From IMG/VR virus record IMGVR_UViG_3300012953_000034, positions 1-59,145 of that record: 59,145 nucleotides of DNA; one strand, 5' to 3'. Position numbers and translations under genes: made by a program. Below the pieces are notes generated by a model. It worked only from the letters and a program-made list of their open reading frames with translations. It ran no database searches and had not been told where the DNA came from. This DNA is from a virus. Its lineage: Duplodnaviria > Caudoviricetes. Below, piece after piece: positions 19,136 to 27,661 of the stretch. The stretch's first letter is position 1, and every line of letters begins with the position of its first letter.

Positions 19136-20563
19136 CTAGAAGATGACCCAAACGTCACTACCAACATACTGCAATGAGATTGCAGCGCCGGCAGATTCAA
19201 GGTGAACCTGAATATTTCCGTCAATGGTTTGTGAACCAGCACGACGAATGATAACATCAGCATTCATTGTGCCAGGGGCTTTGATGCGAATGATATCGTT
19301 GTTGGCTGGAGAAGCTGGAAGTGTCAGAACTTTCTCTGTGGAAATACTTCCTGTACCGAAGTTCATACCCTCTACGAGAGTGTTTGGACCATCGGCGCCC
19401 CAAGCACGTGAGCTAACAGCAGCGTCAGTAGAAAGAACACCGTTAAGAGCTGAGATACCATCACCCGCCATAGCTGTTGCAAGGTCGGCAATGCTTTCCT
19501 TTTTAGAGTTATTGCTATCGTTTGCATCGATAATAGCGATACTATCGGCAGCGACATCAACATCAGCAGCACCCAACTCGTTAAGGTCAAGTGACATAAT
19601 ACCAGAAGCAGCACCAAGGCCAACACCAGCTAAGTCAGAAGCAAAGTTAGTGCGGGTACGAGCTTGCAGATCCTTAGTAGTGCTATCAAGCGAAAGAATC
19701 AAGTCAGCAGCGTCAAGAGCAGCAGCAGCAACATTCGGGAAGTTGACAACAGTACCGTCAACCTGAAGGTTGCCGGAAACGTTAACCAGGCCACCGAAAG
19801 TAGCAGCTTTCTGGAAGATTGCTGTACCAGAGGATGACAAGGAGCTAGTAATTGCCATGTACCCGAAAGAAGACGAGTGAGCGACTACGGCGCCCTTAGT
19901 GCCACCGAAGCGGCCGTTGGTGAAGACTGCGTCTGCAGAACCCGTAAGGGAGCGCAAAGAAGAAACGTCTTTGTTGGAGTCAGCAACAACAACTTTGCTA
20001 GCAACGACAGCAGTACCGGCACCATCGATGAAGCCGATTTCTGAGTCAGTGAGAGCAGAAAGAGTTGTCAGCTTAGCAGCAGTAACGTCTGCACCAGCAC
20101 CGTCAAGCTTGTTAAGCTCAGCAGCAGTGGAAGTGACTGCGCCATCGGCGAGCTTGAATTTGCCTGCGCCAGCAATAGTTAATTCACTGTTAGCTTTAAC
20201 TGTGATTTCAGTTGCAGCAAGAGTCAGTAAATCTGCATTGCTAGCGTTGCCGATTGTGCCGTCATCTGGGGTAGCCAGAGTTTTGACAACAGTGTCGCCG
20301 TCGGCATCGACGGAGAAGCCGGTCATTGTAATGGTAGCAGCAGTCAGATCGCCAGCGGTATCGATGTTACCACTAGTAGCCAGAGTGCTACCAAGAGTTA
20401 CAGCACCAACGTTGTGCAGAAGTGAAGAACCAGAAACTCTACCAGTCCTACCCACCGAGTACAGCACGCTTCCGCTTACAGCGTCAGAAAGAACTTCGAG
20501 AGAACCTTCTTGTTGAAGGGAGCCACTCATTACAGCAGCCCCTATTTGAAATTTATAAGCCAT
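19136..20563 (-). CDS. Fibre-like virion protein, probably abundant
   Basis: Ala/Ser/Thr-rich; VTSTAAELNKLDG fibre motif; C-terminal TLPASP...IK...IDG...W domain; GGAGG SD; GCT/GTT/ACT-biased codons similar to the capsid gene. Confidence 0.7.
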   Translation of the reverse strand: MAYKFQIGAAVMSGSLQQEGSLEVLSDAVSGSVLYSVGRTGRVSGSSLLHNVGAVTLGSTLATSGNIDTAGDLTAATITMTGFSVDADGDTVVKTLATPDDGTIGNASNADLLTLAATEITVKANSELTIAGAGKFKLADGAVTSTAAELNKLDGAGADVTAAKLTTLSALTDSEIGFIDGAGTAVVASKVVVADSNKDVSSLRSLTGSADAVFTNGRFGGTKGAVVAHSSSFGYMAITSSLSSSGTAIFQKAATFGGLVNVSGNLQVDGTVVNFPNVAAAALDAADLILSLDSTTKDLQARTRTNFASDLAGVGLGAASGIMSLDLNELGAADVDVAADSIAIIDANDSNNSKKESIADLATAMAGDGISALNGVLSTDAAVSSRAWGADGPNTLVEGMNFGTGSISTEKVLTLPASPANNDIIRIKAPGTMNADVIIRRAGSQTIDGNIQVHLESAGAAISLQYVGSDVWVIF

Positions 20564-20658
20564 GTTAAAAAACCCTCCATATTAATAGTTTTCTTGTATG
20601 GTTAAGATGAACAGATGAATCTATCCAAATTTGACGCACAGGGAGCCTATACGTCGCT

Positions 20659-20668
20659 TATAAATAGT
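20659..20668 (-). promoter_or_regulatory. Putative late promoter ACTATTTATA
   Basis: Same motif, followed by a structured leader. Confidence 0.6.
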
Positions 20669-20688
20669 GTGTACCGTGCAGTATTTTT

Positions 20689-21450
20689 TTACGCTATAAA
20701 GAATTTATTCGCGCCGTTACAATAAAGCTGTATTGCTGCGAAAGGTGATGATAAAACTACTTGATTTTCACCATCAATTGTGTCACCACTTCCGACTGAT
20801 CCAGATACAGTTATATTGTTTATAGCCGATTCGCCGCCTTCATCCTTGACTATTATGGTATGACCATTAATCAACGTGTTGGCCGCTGGAAGTGTCACTT
20901 TCACTATGTTACTTGTAGAGTCGACCCCAATATAATAATCGCCAACAGTAACAGTGTGATTGCTATTCACTTCTCTTCTACTGTAGGCGACACCTCCGCT
21001 TAGATAAGCAGATCCTGACACCTTAAGATAGCCAGATGTCTCCAAGCCGGTGGTGCTGTAGATCCTAGCCGAGCCCGAAACTCCGACGCCAATAAGGTTT
21101 GAACCATCGCCATAATAGGCAGTAGCATGTACATTCCCAGTTACCGCTAAATCGCCTGAAGACGATATAGAGTTGCCAACGACAACCGTACCAGACCCGG
21201 ATAACTCACCATCGAGGCCCAAAATCTGCCCATCAAACGTTAGCTTTGTGTCGCATCGCAGCGTGTTCGCATCGCCGCCGGTATTGATCACCAGACTATC
21301 ACTATTAGGAAGCGCTACCCGAGGCACGTTGATAACTGTTGCGGCATCGGATGTACTCAAATTACCGGAGACAATACCGGCGTTAACTCCCTCTACTTTT
21401 AGCAATTCTTCGGGCAAAAGAACGCTGCCAGATAAATTATTGTATGCCAT
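20689..21450 (-). CDS. Fibre-like virion protein
   Basis: MAYN start; one SISSSGDLAVTG...YYGDGSNL module shared with 14368-17874; C-terminal TLPAA...VKDEGG...IDG domain. Confidence 0.65.
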   Translation of the reverse strand: MAYNNLSGSVLLPEELLKVEGVNAGIVSGNLSTSDAATVINVPRVALPNSDSLVINTGGDANTLRCDTKLTFDGQILGLDGELSGSGTVVVGNSISSSGDLAVTGNVHATAYYGDGSNLIGVGVSGSARIYSTTGLETSGYLKVSGSAYLSGGVAYSRREVNSNHTVTVGDYYIGVDSTSNIVKVTLPAANTLINGHTIIVKDEGGESAINNITVSGSVGSGDTIDGENQVVLSSPFAAIQLYCNGANKFFIA

Positions 21451-21478
21451 ACTGGGCGTCTCCCTTACTTAATTAGTT

Positions 21479-22207
21479 TTAGAAGACGAACCAACTAGTT
21501 CCATTGGAAAATAAACTGATGGCCGGCATAGTTCCTGTCAGGACGTATGTACCGTCTCCATCAATTAAAACGTCACTTCCGGCGGTACCGGTCAGTGTTA
21601 TGTTGTTGGCCGCACCGACTCGCGAGGTTACCGTATCCTTAATAACGAACGTGGTTCCTTCGCCTGTGTGTCCTGTTGTTGCGCCGGCTGAGGCAGAGGG
21701 GAGAGTCACAGTTACAGGGTTTGCGTTTGCTATGGCGATGATATAATCAGCGTTGGTTACAGTGGGAGAGGTGCCGGCAACATTTCTTACTGCAAATCGA
21801 GTTGCCCCATAGAAGCGAACTACCTTAGAATAAGCACTGGCAGACATTATCATATCGCCTGAGCCATTTCTTAATTCAAAACTACCCGTGCGCAAGTGCA
21901 TATCGTCGACTGAGTTTCCAAAATAGGTTGACCCAGTCGCATCGATAACTGCAATATCTTCATAGTTTATGACGCTAGCGCTAAGAGTGCCAGTAATAAC
22001 CATATTACCAGACAACACCAATGTATGCGGAGGGTTGCCGTGCGTCGACGCAGTGTAGAACATTAAGTGCGTTGAGCCCGAGGCCGCTCCTGCTCCTGTT
22101 AGGAACAGTACCGAACCAGTAGCTCCTTCGATTGCTTGCGCCAAGGCGCTACCGCCACCGCCACTGCTCTCTGCACAGTCTACATATGCCCAGCCAAAGT
22201 TCGCCAT
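21479..22207 (-). CDS. Fibre-like virion protein
   Basis: TGSTYFGNSVDDMHLRTGS motif; C-terminal TLPSA...IKD...IDG...NGTSW domain. Confidence 0.65.
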   Translation of the reverse strand: MANFGWAYVDCAESSGGGGSALAQAIEGATGSVLFLTGAGAASGSTHLMFYTASTHGNPPHTLVLSGNMVITGTLSASVINYEDIAVIDATGSTYFGNSVDDMHLRTGSFELRNGSGDMIMSASAYSKVVRFYGATRFAVRNVAGTSPTVTNADYIIAIANANPVTVTLPSASAGATTGHTGEGTTFVIKDTVTSRVGAANNITLTGTAGSDVLIDGDGTYVLTGTMPAISLFSNGTSWFVF

Positions 22208-22211
22208 GGGC

Positions 22212-22634
22212 TTATCCTACTCCTGCAGAACCTGACCAGTTGGGACCAGAGCCCGGCGGGGTTCCAGTGCTAACTCTTTGGGGAGGAATACCAGTAAGGC
22301 CGGCGAGGATATCTACATTATCAGAACCAGATAACCATACGGCTGAGACCTTCAACTCCAAAACACCGGAATCAACCGGAATACCAGTTGCTCCTTTCCC
22401 AACCGTAAAGTAGTTCGCAGAACCGGTGATGCCGGTTACCGAAAAGCCTACTTGGCAAGGCGTTGTACCATTGTTGATAACCTTAAACCAACGTGTAACA
22501 TATGGAAACGTTACCTCGTAGCCGCCCGGGCGTAAGCCGTGTTTGGCGTCAATGTTGCCACTGGCATAGGGTTGGCCACTGACTTGATAGGATCCGACAT
22601 TATTTAAGCCGGGTTCTAAATTCCAACTTCCCAT
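22212..22634 (-). CDS. Small putative virion/decoration protein
   Basis: 140 aa, beta-rich, GLNNVGSYQVSG; AAGGAG SD and upstream ACTATTTATA. Confidence 0.5.
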   Translation of the reverse strand: MGSWNLEPGLNNVGSYQVSGQPYASGNIDAKHGLRPGGYEVTFPYVTRWFKVINNGTTPCQVGFSVTGITGSANYFTVGKGATGIPVDSGVLELKVSAVWLSGSDNVDILAGLTGIPPQRVSTGTPPGSGPNWSGSAGVG

Positions 22635-22674
22635 TATAAAACTCCTTCAAAATTTTGATTTACAATATAAATAG

Positions 22675-22920
22675 TCACTTATTTTTTCTATTGCGCCTTT
22701 GTTGTGCGCGTATACGTTTTTGTTCTTCCCTGTGGCGAGCACGTTGTGCACGTTCACGTTTTTCTTTTTTCTTTACTGACGGCTTTTTGTAGCGGCGGCG
22801 ATCTCTAGCTTCCTCCACAATTCTTTCTTTTTTAGTCTTTTTTATAAATCTTCTAATCATCCGATCAGCGCTTTCACGCGGATGGCGAGGTCGAACTATT
22901 ACATTTCCAGTTTTTTTCAT
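22675..22920 (-). CDS. rpsU: Phage-encoded 30S ribosomal protein bS21
   Basis: VIVR...ESADRMIRRFIKK...IVEEARDRRRYKKPSVKKK matches the bS21 pattern (ES.E.ALRRFK...E.R.R..YEKPS). Confidence 0.85.
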   Translation of the reverse strand: MKKTGNVIVRPRHPRESADRMIRRFIKKTKKERIVEEARDRRRYKKPSVKKKEKRERAQRARHREEQKRIRAQQRRNRKNK

Positions 22921-22927
22921 CTACTAC

Positions 22928-23332
22928 CTACTTTATTGCCTGCCAAATTTGAGAAGACATTCCGACAAGCGAACTTATGTCAACACCAGCATCGCGAGGA
23001 TCGCCTAGATCAGTGGCGCCCTTTCGGGGGGCCTGCGACTCATACGAAGTCATCGCTTCTGTTCCTTCGAATATATCCACACCATTATAAGCGCCCTTGG
23101 TTATCTCTCGAAGTGATTGCATTCTTTGTTGTTGGAGATTTTGTTCCATACCTTTATCTATTTGCGGAGGAGCGTGCTGTTGCGGGGCTGAAGACTCTGC
23201 TATCACTTGTGTTCCGAGACCCTTAACAACCTCCGATACCACTCCCGACAACATTCCGTCTTCAATTAGAACCTCATGAATGCACTCTTTTATAAGCGGC
23301 TTCAACATTTTTTTTAATTCACTTTTCTTCAC
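22928..23332 (-). CDS. Hypothetical protein, possible prohead core/internal protein
   Basis: N-terminal MKKSELKKMLKPLIKECIHEVLIE resembles the shared leader peptide; overlaps the protease gene. Confidence 0.55.
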   Translation of the reverse strand: MKKSELKKMLKPLIKECIHEVLIEDGMLSGVVSEVVKGLGTQVIAESSAPQQHAPPQIDKGMEQNLQQQRMQSLREITKGAYNGVDIFEGTEAMTSYESQAPRKGATDLGDPRDAGVDISSLVGMSSQIWQAIK

Positions 23333-23927
23333 TTAGCACCTCGTTTAACAGTCTGTTGATCTTATCGCCGTGAGTGAATACCTCATTACGATAATTCTTG
23401 GCTTCCTTCATCATAAAAGCGCCCGGTGTCGAAGGCTCAGACACCATATCAAAACAGATAAGCTGAAAATCATCCTCTACGATAGTCTGACCTTTTTCTT
23501 CGCGCACCGAGCCCATTCCCCGAGAGGATACTCCGACGGTAACACCACCGTTTACTAGTTCTTGCAATATTTTGCCGGCCGGTGTGTCGAGGACTTTGAT
23601 CTTGCCCATTACATTTTTATCTTCCATCCAGATTTCTGTTACCATATGAGAGCAATTTTTTAAATTGATTACGGAGTCATCGGGATGGTCTAATTCTCCC
23701 AAAGCTCTTCTTTCTTTGACTAGTTTTTTATAATTTTCTACTTCGCGCATCATTGTGCGGTGCTGATAAACTCTTCCGTTTCCGTTCTGAGTTTCGGTCA
23801 TCTGCATGATTCCAGACAGAATCATACCCCCGCCGGCCACATAGCGCTTCTCATCTTCTGTTAGTAAGTCTTGGCATATGCCGCCATCGCATAGCGCATA
23901 ATACTCTCTTAGTAATTTCTTTCCCAT
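23319..23927 (-). CDS. Prohead maturation protease (T4 gp21-like)
   Basis: NGNGRVY, ALGELDHP, SH, LDTPAG, GVSSRGMGS, DMVSEPSTPGA. Confidence 0.95.
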   Translation of the reverse strand: MGKKLLREYYALCDGGICQDLLTEDEKRYVAGGGMILSGIMQMTETQNGNGRVYQHRTMMREVENYKKLVKERRALGELDHPDDSVINLKNCSHMVTEIWMEDKNVMGKIKVLDTPAGKILQELVNGGVTVGVSSRGMGSVREEKGQTIVEDDFQLICFDMVSEPSTPGAFMMKEAKNYRNEVFTHGDKINRLLNEVLSEEK

Positions 23928-23929
23928 AG

Positions 23930-23998
23930 CTAAGATCCTTTACAGCAGTGTCTTACTGGCTGCAGCATCCATTTTTGCGTCCAAATATTTGTGTTCAT
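23930..23998 (-). CDS. Putative 22-aa Cys-containing peptide (overlapping small ORF)
   Basis: AAGGA-7 nt-ATG; MNTNIWTQKWMLQPVRHCCKGS*; stop ends 2 nt before the protease ATG. Confidence 0.4.
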   Translation of the reverse strand: MNTNIWTQKWMLQPVRHCCKGS

Positions 23999-24296
23999 GT
24001 TTTATTCCTTCGTCTCCGATGATCATGTTGAGAATGTAAGACGTTCCTGACGACAAACCTCCTAGTAAAAAGAAATTTATAGCAGAAACTTCAAAATTAA
24101 ATAGTTCTGTAAACGGAGAAAGTAGCATTAAAAGCCATCCCACGTGGAAACCCATACACATCGGACAATGAAAAACCTTGCCGTATCCTTTGGCAAAATC
24201 CGCGGATGGGCGGAGGCGCTTAAGCAGCGGCATCTCTCCGTAAACTATAATTTGTGTTAGACCGTAAGCGCACAGTATGAATGTTAATAGCTCCAT
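23940..24296 (-). CDS. Small membrane protein with CxxC motif (DUF1360-like)
   Basis: Three hydrophobic segments, FHCPMCMGFHVG; start reassigned to ATG 24296 after AAAGGA. Confidence 0.6.
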   Translation of the reverse strand: MELLTFILCAYGLTQIIVYGEMPLLKRLRPSADFAKGYGKVFHCPMCMGFHVGWLLMLLSPFTELFNFEVSAINFFLLGGLSSGTSYILNMIIGDEGIKHEHKYLDAKMDAAASKTLL

Positions 24297-24303
24297 ATTT
24301 CCT

Positions 24304-24843
24304 TTAAACCGAATACATATAACCAATAGAATATGGATCTCGGACAAACCCAGTCCTGATAGATCCTTGCTCAACCTCTTGTGGCACCTCTCCCAACTCT
24401 GTCGAATCTGCCTTATCTGGCTCAATCAATTCGTCGTCGGCCATTGAGACTATCGCCTCTGTCTGTTCAAAATAGGGCCGCTCTTCATCTATAAAATTTG
24501 ATATGTTGATAAGGGCTAGCTTTGCAGAACTTGCCTCTTCCATTTCTGATTCCTCGAGGGTGCCCTCCATGGAGCCATAAAATGCGCCGGCTTGAATAGA
24601 TTCAGCCACCACAATACCCCTACGACGAAGGTGAGTGAATAGCCTGTTTTGGGCGCCATATGATAGATCAGTGAGCGATTCTTTTGGAAAAACTATTACT
24701 TTATTTTTTGCCGGCGAAAGAACAATGTCGATATCTCCATGATCAAATATCATCAGATCTCCATTTAGAGACTTTCTCAAATCCAATTCTAATCTAACTT
24801 TTTTTGCATTGGCTTCTTTGCCAACTTTAATGATCACTGCCAT
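24304..24843 (-). CDS. Hypothetical protein in the head operon
   Basis: 179 aa ORF with AAGGA SD, overlapping the upstream gene. Confidence 0.6.
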   Translation of the reverse strand: MAVIIKVGKEANAKKVRLELDLRKSLNGDLMIFDHGDIDIVLSPAKNKVIVFPKESLTDLSYGAQNRLFTHLRRRGIVVAESIQAGAFYGSMEGTLEESEMEEASSAKLALINISNFIDEERPYFEQTEAIVSMADDELIEPDKADSTELGEVPQEVEQGSIRTGFVRDPYSIGYMYSV

Positions 24844-25657
24844 TGTTTAGTTCCTTTACTAACTCTTGTGTTTTCAATATGGTAAGCAAAACCTTTTCAT
24901 CAATAGTTGTTTCAAAAAGATTGTCTAGCTTTTCAATGACCAAGGAGGCCTTTGACATCATCTCCTCGTCTTCTTCAAAAAAAGAAGCATTTTTCGACTC
25001 TAATATTGATTTTTTCAGCCTAAGCACTTCTTCATTTAAGAATGTCTTTAACTCAACACCATTGTCTGAGAACGAAGTAATATAGAAAGACAGGAGAGAT
25101 TTTTGTTCTTGCATTAGCGAAGTTTCATATTTTGCATTAAATTTTCTAGCGAATGAATTAAGAGTTAAGTTGTCGATATTTTCACAAACCTGTTCTGAGT
25201 TACTACTTTCTGACATGTTTGACACAATCCAACCTTCTAGCATAACACGTTGTTTTGGTGAAACTTTGGTAGATAATATTTGATCAATAGTCGCAATTGT
25301 TTTGTAGTTTGGCACAAAGTTGTTAAATACTTCTGGAGATAACTTTTTGTTCACGTCGTTTATAAGTTCTGTTTGAGTGCGAAAAAGACCCTGTGGGTCA
25401 ATAAGGCGTGCAGCCATTTTTGCCTCTTTGATCACTTTTTCTCCAACATCTGGTAACAACTCTTGATTTTCATAAAGAGAGCGGTAACATTCAAGGTGAT
25501 GTTTCAATATAGTCCCTGGGGCGAAATACTCCTTTAGGATTGAAATCGCAGCATTTTTTCTTCCCTTGTCTCCCTTGATGATCGATACCGTTACTTCTCT
25601 TACCAAAGACTCGTAAATAAAAGCGGTATTTCTTTTTTTATTGTGCTTATTCTTCAT
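24827..25657 (-). CDS. Hypothetical helical protein downstream of portal (possible prohead core)
   Basis: 276 aa, KHNKKRNTAFIYE start, overlaps the portal stop. Confidence 0.6.
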   Translation of the reverse strand: MKNKHNKKRNTAFIYESLVREVTVSIIKGDKGRKNAAISILKEYFAPGTILKHHLECYRSLYENQELLPDVGEKVIKEAKMAARLIDPQGLFRTQTELINDVNKKLSPEVFNNFVPNYKTIATIDQILSTKVSPKQRVMLEGWIVSNMSESSNSEQVCENIDNLTLNSFARKFNAKYETSLMQEQKSLLSFYITSFSDNGVELKTFLNEEVLRLKKSILESKNASFFEEDEEMMSKASLVIEKLDNLFETTIDEKVLLTILKTQELVKELNNGSDH

Positions 25658-27653
25658 CCTTTTTCTCCGTTGGTGTTTTATCTTTATTTTCTAGTATTTC
25701 TACCAAAGCGCGGACTGATTGGTTCACTTCAAAAATTTGACGCTCTTCTTTCTCTCCCGCTAATGAATAAGTAGGATCCTTTTCTTCGTAAAGGCTATCA
25801 TAAATACTTGTTTCTGTCACTCCCCTACCTAGGGCGCTCAACATATCCCGTCCAGGAAGTGTTGTGCGGGGGGTAATTTCTGTATCACCTAAGCTCTTTA
25901 GATGGCGGGTGCGAGCACCGGAGGGACGTGAATCAGTTTTCTTTGGAAAATACAATTTCTTTCCTTTACTGTTTGGGCCCTGATGTATTCTCGGGGCGTT
26001 TCTAGAACCAGGAGGAACAGCAAGAAGGGGCGAGTCGTCGCCGGCTGGTGATGTGTCGTCGGGGCCGGCATCGATATCTCCTGCTGGGACCTCTTCCGGG
26101 GCGCCGGCGTCAAGACTGAGATCATCGGGACCCTCATCACCAAGGCCAAGATCCGCATCCAGGCCGGATCCCAAGGCGCCGGCAGTTTCGCCTGCTGCGG
26201 CCTGTTCAGCAACTTGCTGTAGCGATGCATCATGTTTGCGATCGTAATACATTTCTCTTTGGTTGCGCGTAAATTCCTCGTTAGACAATCCAAATATGTT
26301 TTCAGACACCCATCTTCGGGAGAAGAAGCCTTCTGTCGCTGACGCTGCAATATCAAATTTTGACTTCCAGTGTTCAATTTCTTGAAGTTCAGCAATCTTT
26401 GATGGGTTGTTGAGGGCGAGGTTGAACGACAAAAGGTCGTCTCCGCGGAACCCAAGTGTATAAAGATGAATGATTCCAATCTTTTCAAGCTCGGCAATGA
26501 TCACTCGCTGTAGCCTCTGTATTGTTCGTGAAAAACGGATATCTTTTTGAGCCAATGTGGTTTTGTCTTCAGTCGCACCCTCGCCCATTGTCAAATAAGA
26601 TTGTGGAACCTTGAGTGCTGAAAACAATTTATCTCTGAGATACTTAACGTCGTCAATCGCCGTAATATTTTGGGCGCCCGCAAGGGTCTGTATGTCTGTT
26701 GCGGAGCCGGCCCTAATCGGAATAAAGTAATCCTCCTCGATAGACATTGGATTATATCTCAAATCTACTCGTCCGGTATCCGCGTCGACAACAGAGTTTC
26801 TCTTGAGTTGCGTGACAATCTTTTGCATATATTGTTCAACATCTTGAGGTGGAATTGCGCCGACATCAATCTTAAATACGCGGCGCTCAGACGAGCGAAC
26901 GACACGGTAAGCCATCATGGCATCTTCCATAAGCGTAAGCTGGCGCCAAATGCGGCGCGCGGGTTCTAGAATAGAAGTGCCATATGGTGCATACTTGTCG
27001 TTGCCTAAAACTCTAAAGTGAGCAACCTGCCAGTTTTCAAACGTCATACCGCCAGAATTCCATTGGTACTGAATATAGTTTGGGTTTGTTGAGTCTTTCC
27101 CTTCCAATCTTTCGATCTCAGAAGACGGTAGTGCTATAACAGACTGTATTCCATATTTTTCATCAATGTCAAGATACAGAAAGAAATCACCATACTTGCA
27201 CATCGTACGTGACCAGCCAAATAGATTGTATTGAACATTTAAAATATTCTCATACAAAATCGCTAATACGGCTTTTATTTCTTCATTGGTGCATTTGATA
27301 TTTAACATCGGCCTGAGATCTGAGTAGGTCGTCATCTCGTCCGCATATATGTCAAGAGATGAGGCAATCTCTGGCATATATTCCATCTGATCAAAATCAA
27401 CATATCTTTCTGCGCGTTGTTGATTGGCGATCGCATTTGTCGCCACCACGTCGAGGGGATTATATAAAGATTTTTTAAATTGTTGACCAGATGCAGATTT
27501 AAATCTACTGGAAAACTTATCTAAATGCTGTCGTCTAATTCGCCTACCAGACTGTGACCGATAGTTGATGATAGGACCCGAAAACAGTCTTGTTAAAGAC
27601 TTAAAAAGCGTTGATTGTTGGTTTTTGGGATTTTTTGTAGGTTTGTTGGCCAT
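25647..27653 (-). CDS. Portal protein (T4 gp20-like)
   Basis: QLTLMEDAMMAYRVVRSSERRVFKIDVG, EEDYFIP, IDDVKYLRDKLFSALKVP; long low-complexity C-terminal tail. Confidence 0.95.
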   Translation of the reverse strand: MANKPTKNPKNQQSTLFKSLTRLFSGPIINYRSQSGRRIRRQHLDKFSSRFKSASGQQFKKSLYNPLDVVATNAIANQQRAERYVDFDQMEYMPEIASSLDIYADEMTTYSDLRPMLNIKCTNEEIKAVLAILYENILNVQYNLFGWSRTMCKYGDFFLYLDIDEKYGIQSVIALPSSEIERLEGKDSTNPNYIQYQWNSGGMTFENWQVAHFRVLGNDKYAPYGTSILEPARRIWRQLTLMEDAMMAYRVVRSSERRVFKIDVGAIPPQDVEQYMQKIVTQLKRNSVVDADTGRVDLRYNPMSIEEDYFIPIRAGSATDIQTLAGAQNITAIDDVKYLRDKLFSALKVPQSYLTMGEGATEDKTTLAQKDIRFSRTIQRLQRVIIAELEKIGIIHLYTLGFRGDDLLSFNLALNNPSKIAELQEIEHWKSKFDIAASATEGFFSRRWVSENIFGLSNEEFTRNQREMYYDRKHDASLQQVAEQAAAGETAGALGSGLDADLGLGDEGPDDLSLDAGAPEEVPAGDIDAGPDDTSPAGDDSPLLAVPPGSRNAPRIHQGPNSKGKKLYFPKKTDSRPSGARTRHLKSLGDTEITPRTTLPGRDMLSALGRGVTETSIYDSLYEEKDPTYSLAGEKEERQIFEVNQSVRALVEILENKDKTPTEKKDEE

Positions 27654-27661
27654 TTACTTTC

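Noticed and set aside
24297-24425. Longer ORF-track starts (24425, 6148, 30335, 32790, 37047)
   Set aside because: They overlap upstream genes extensively; downstream starts have SDs or stop-start coupling
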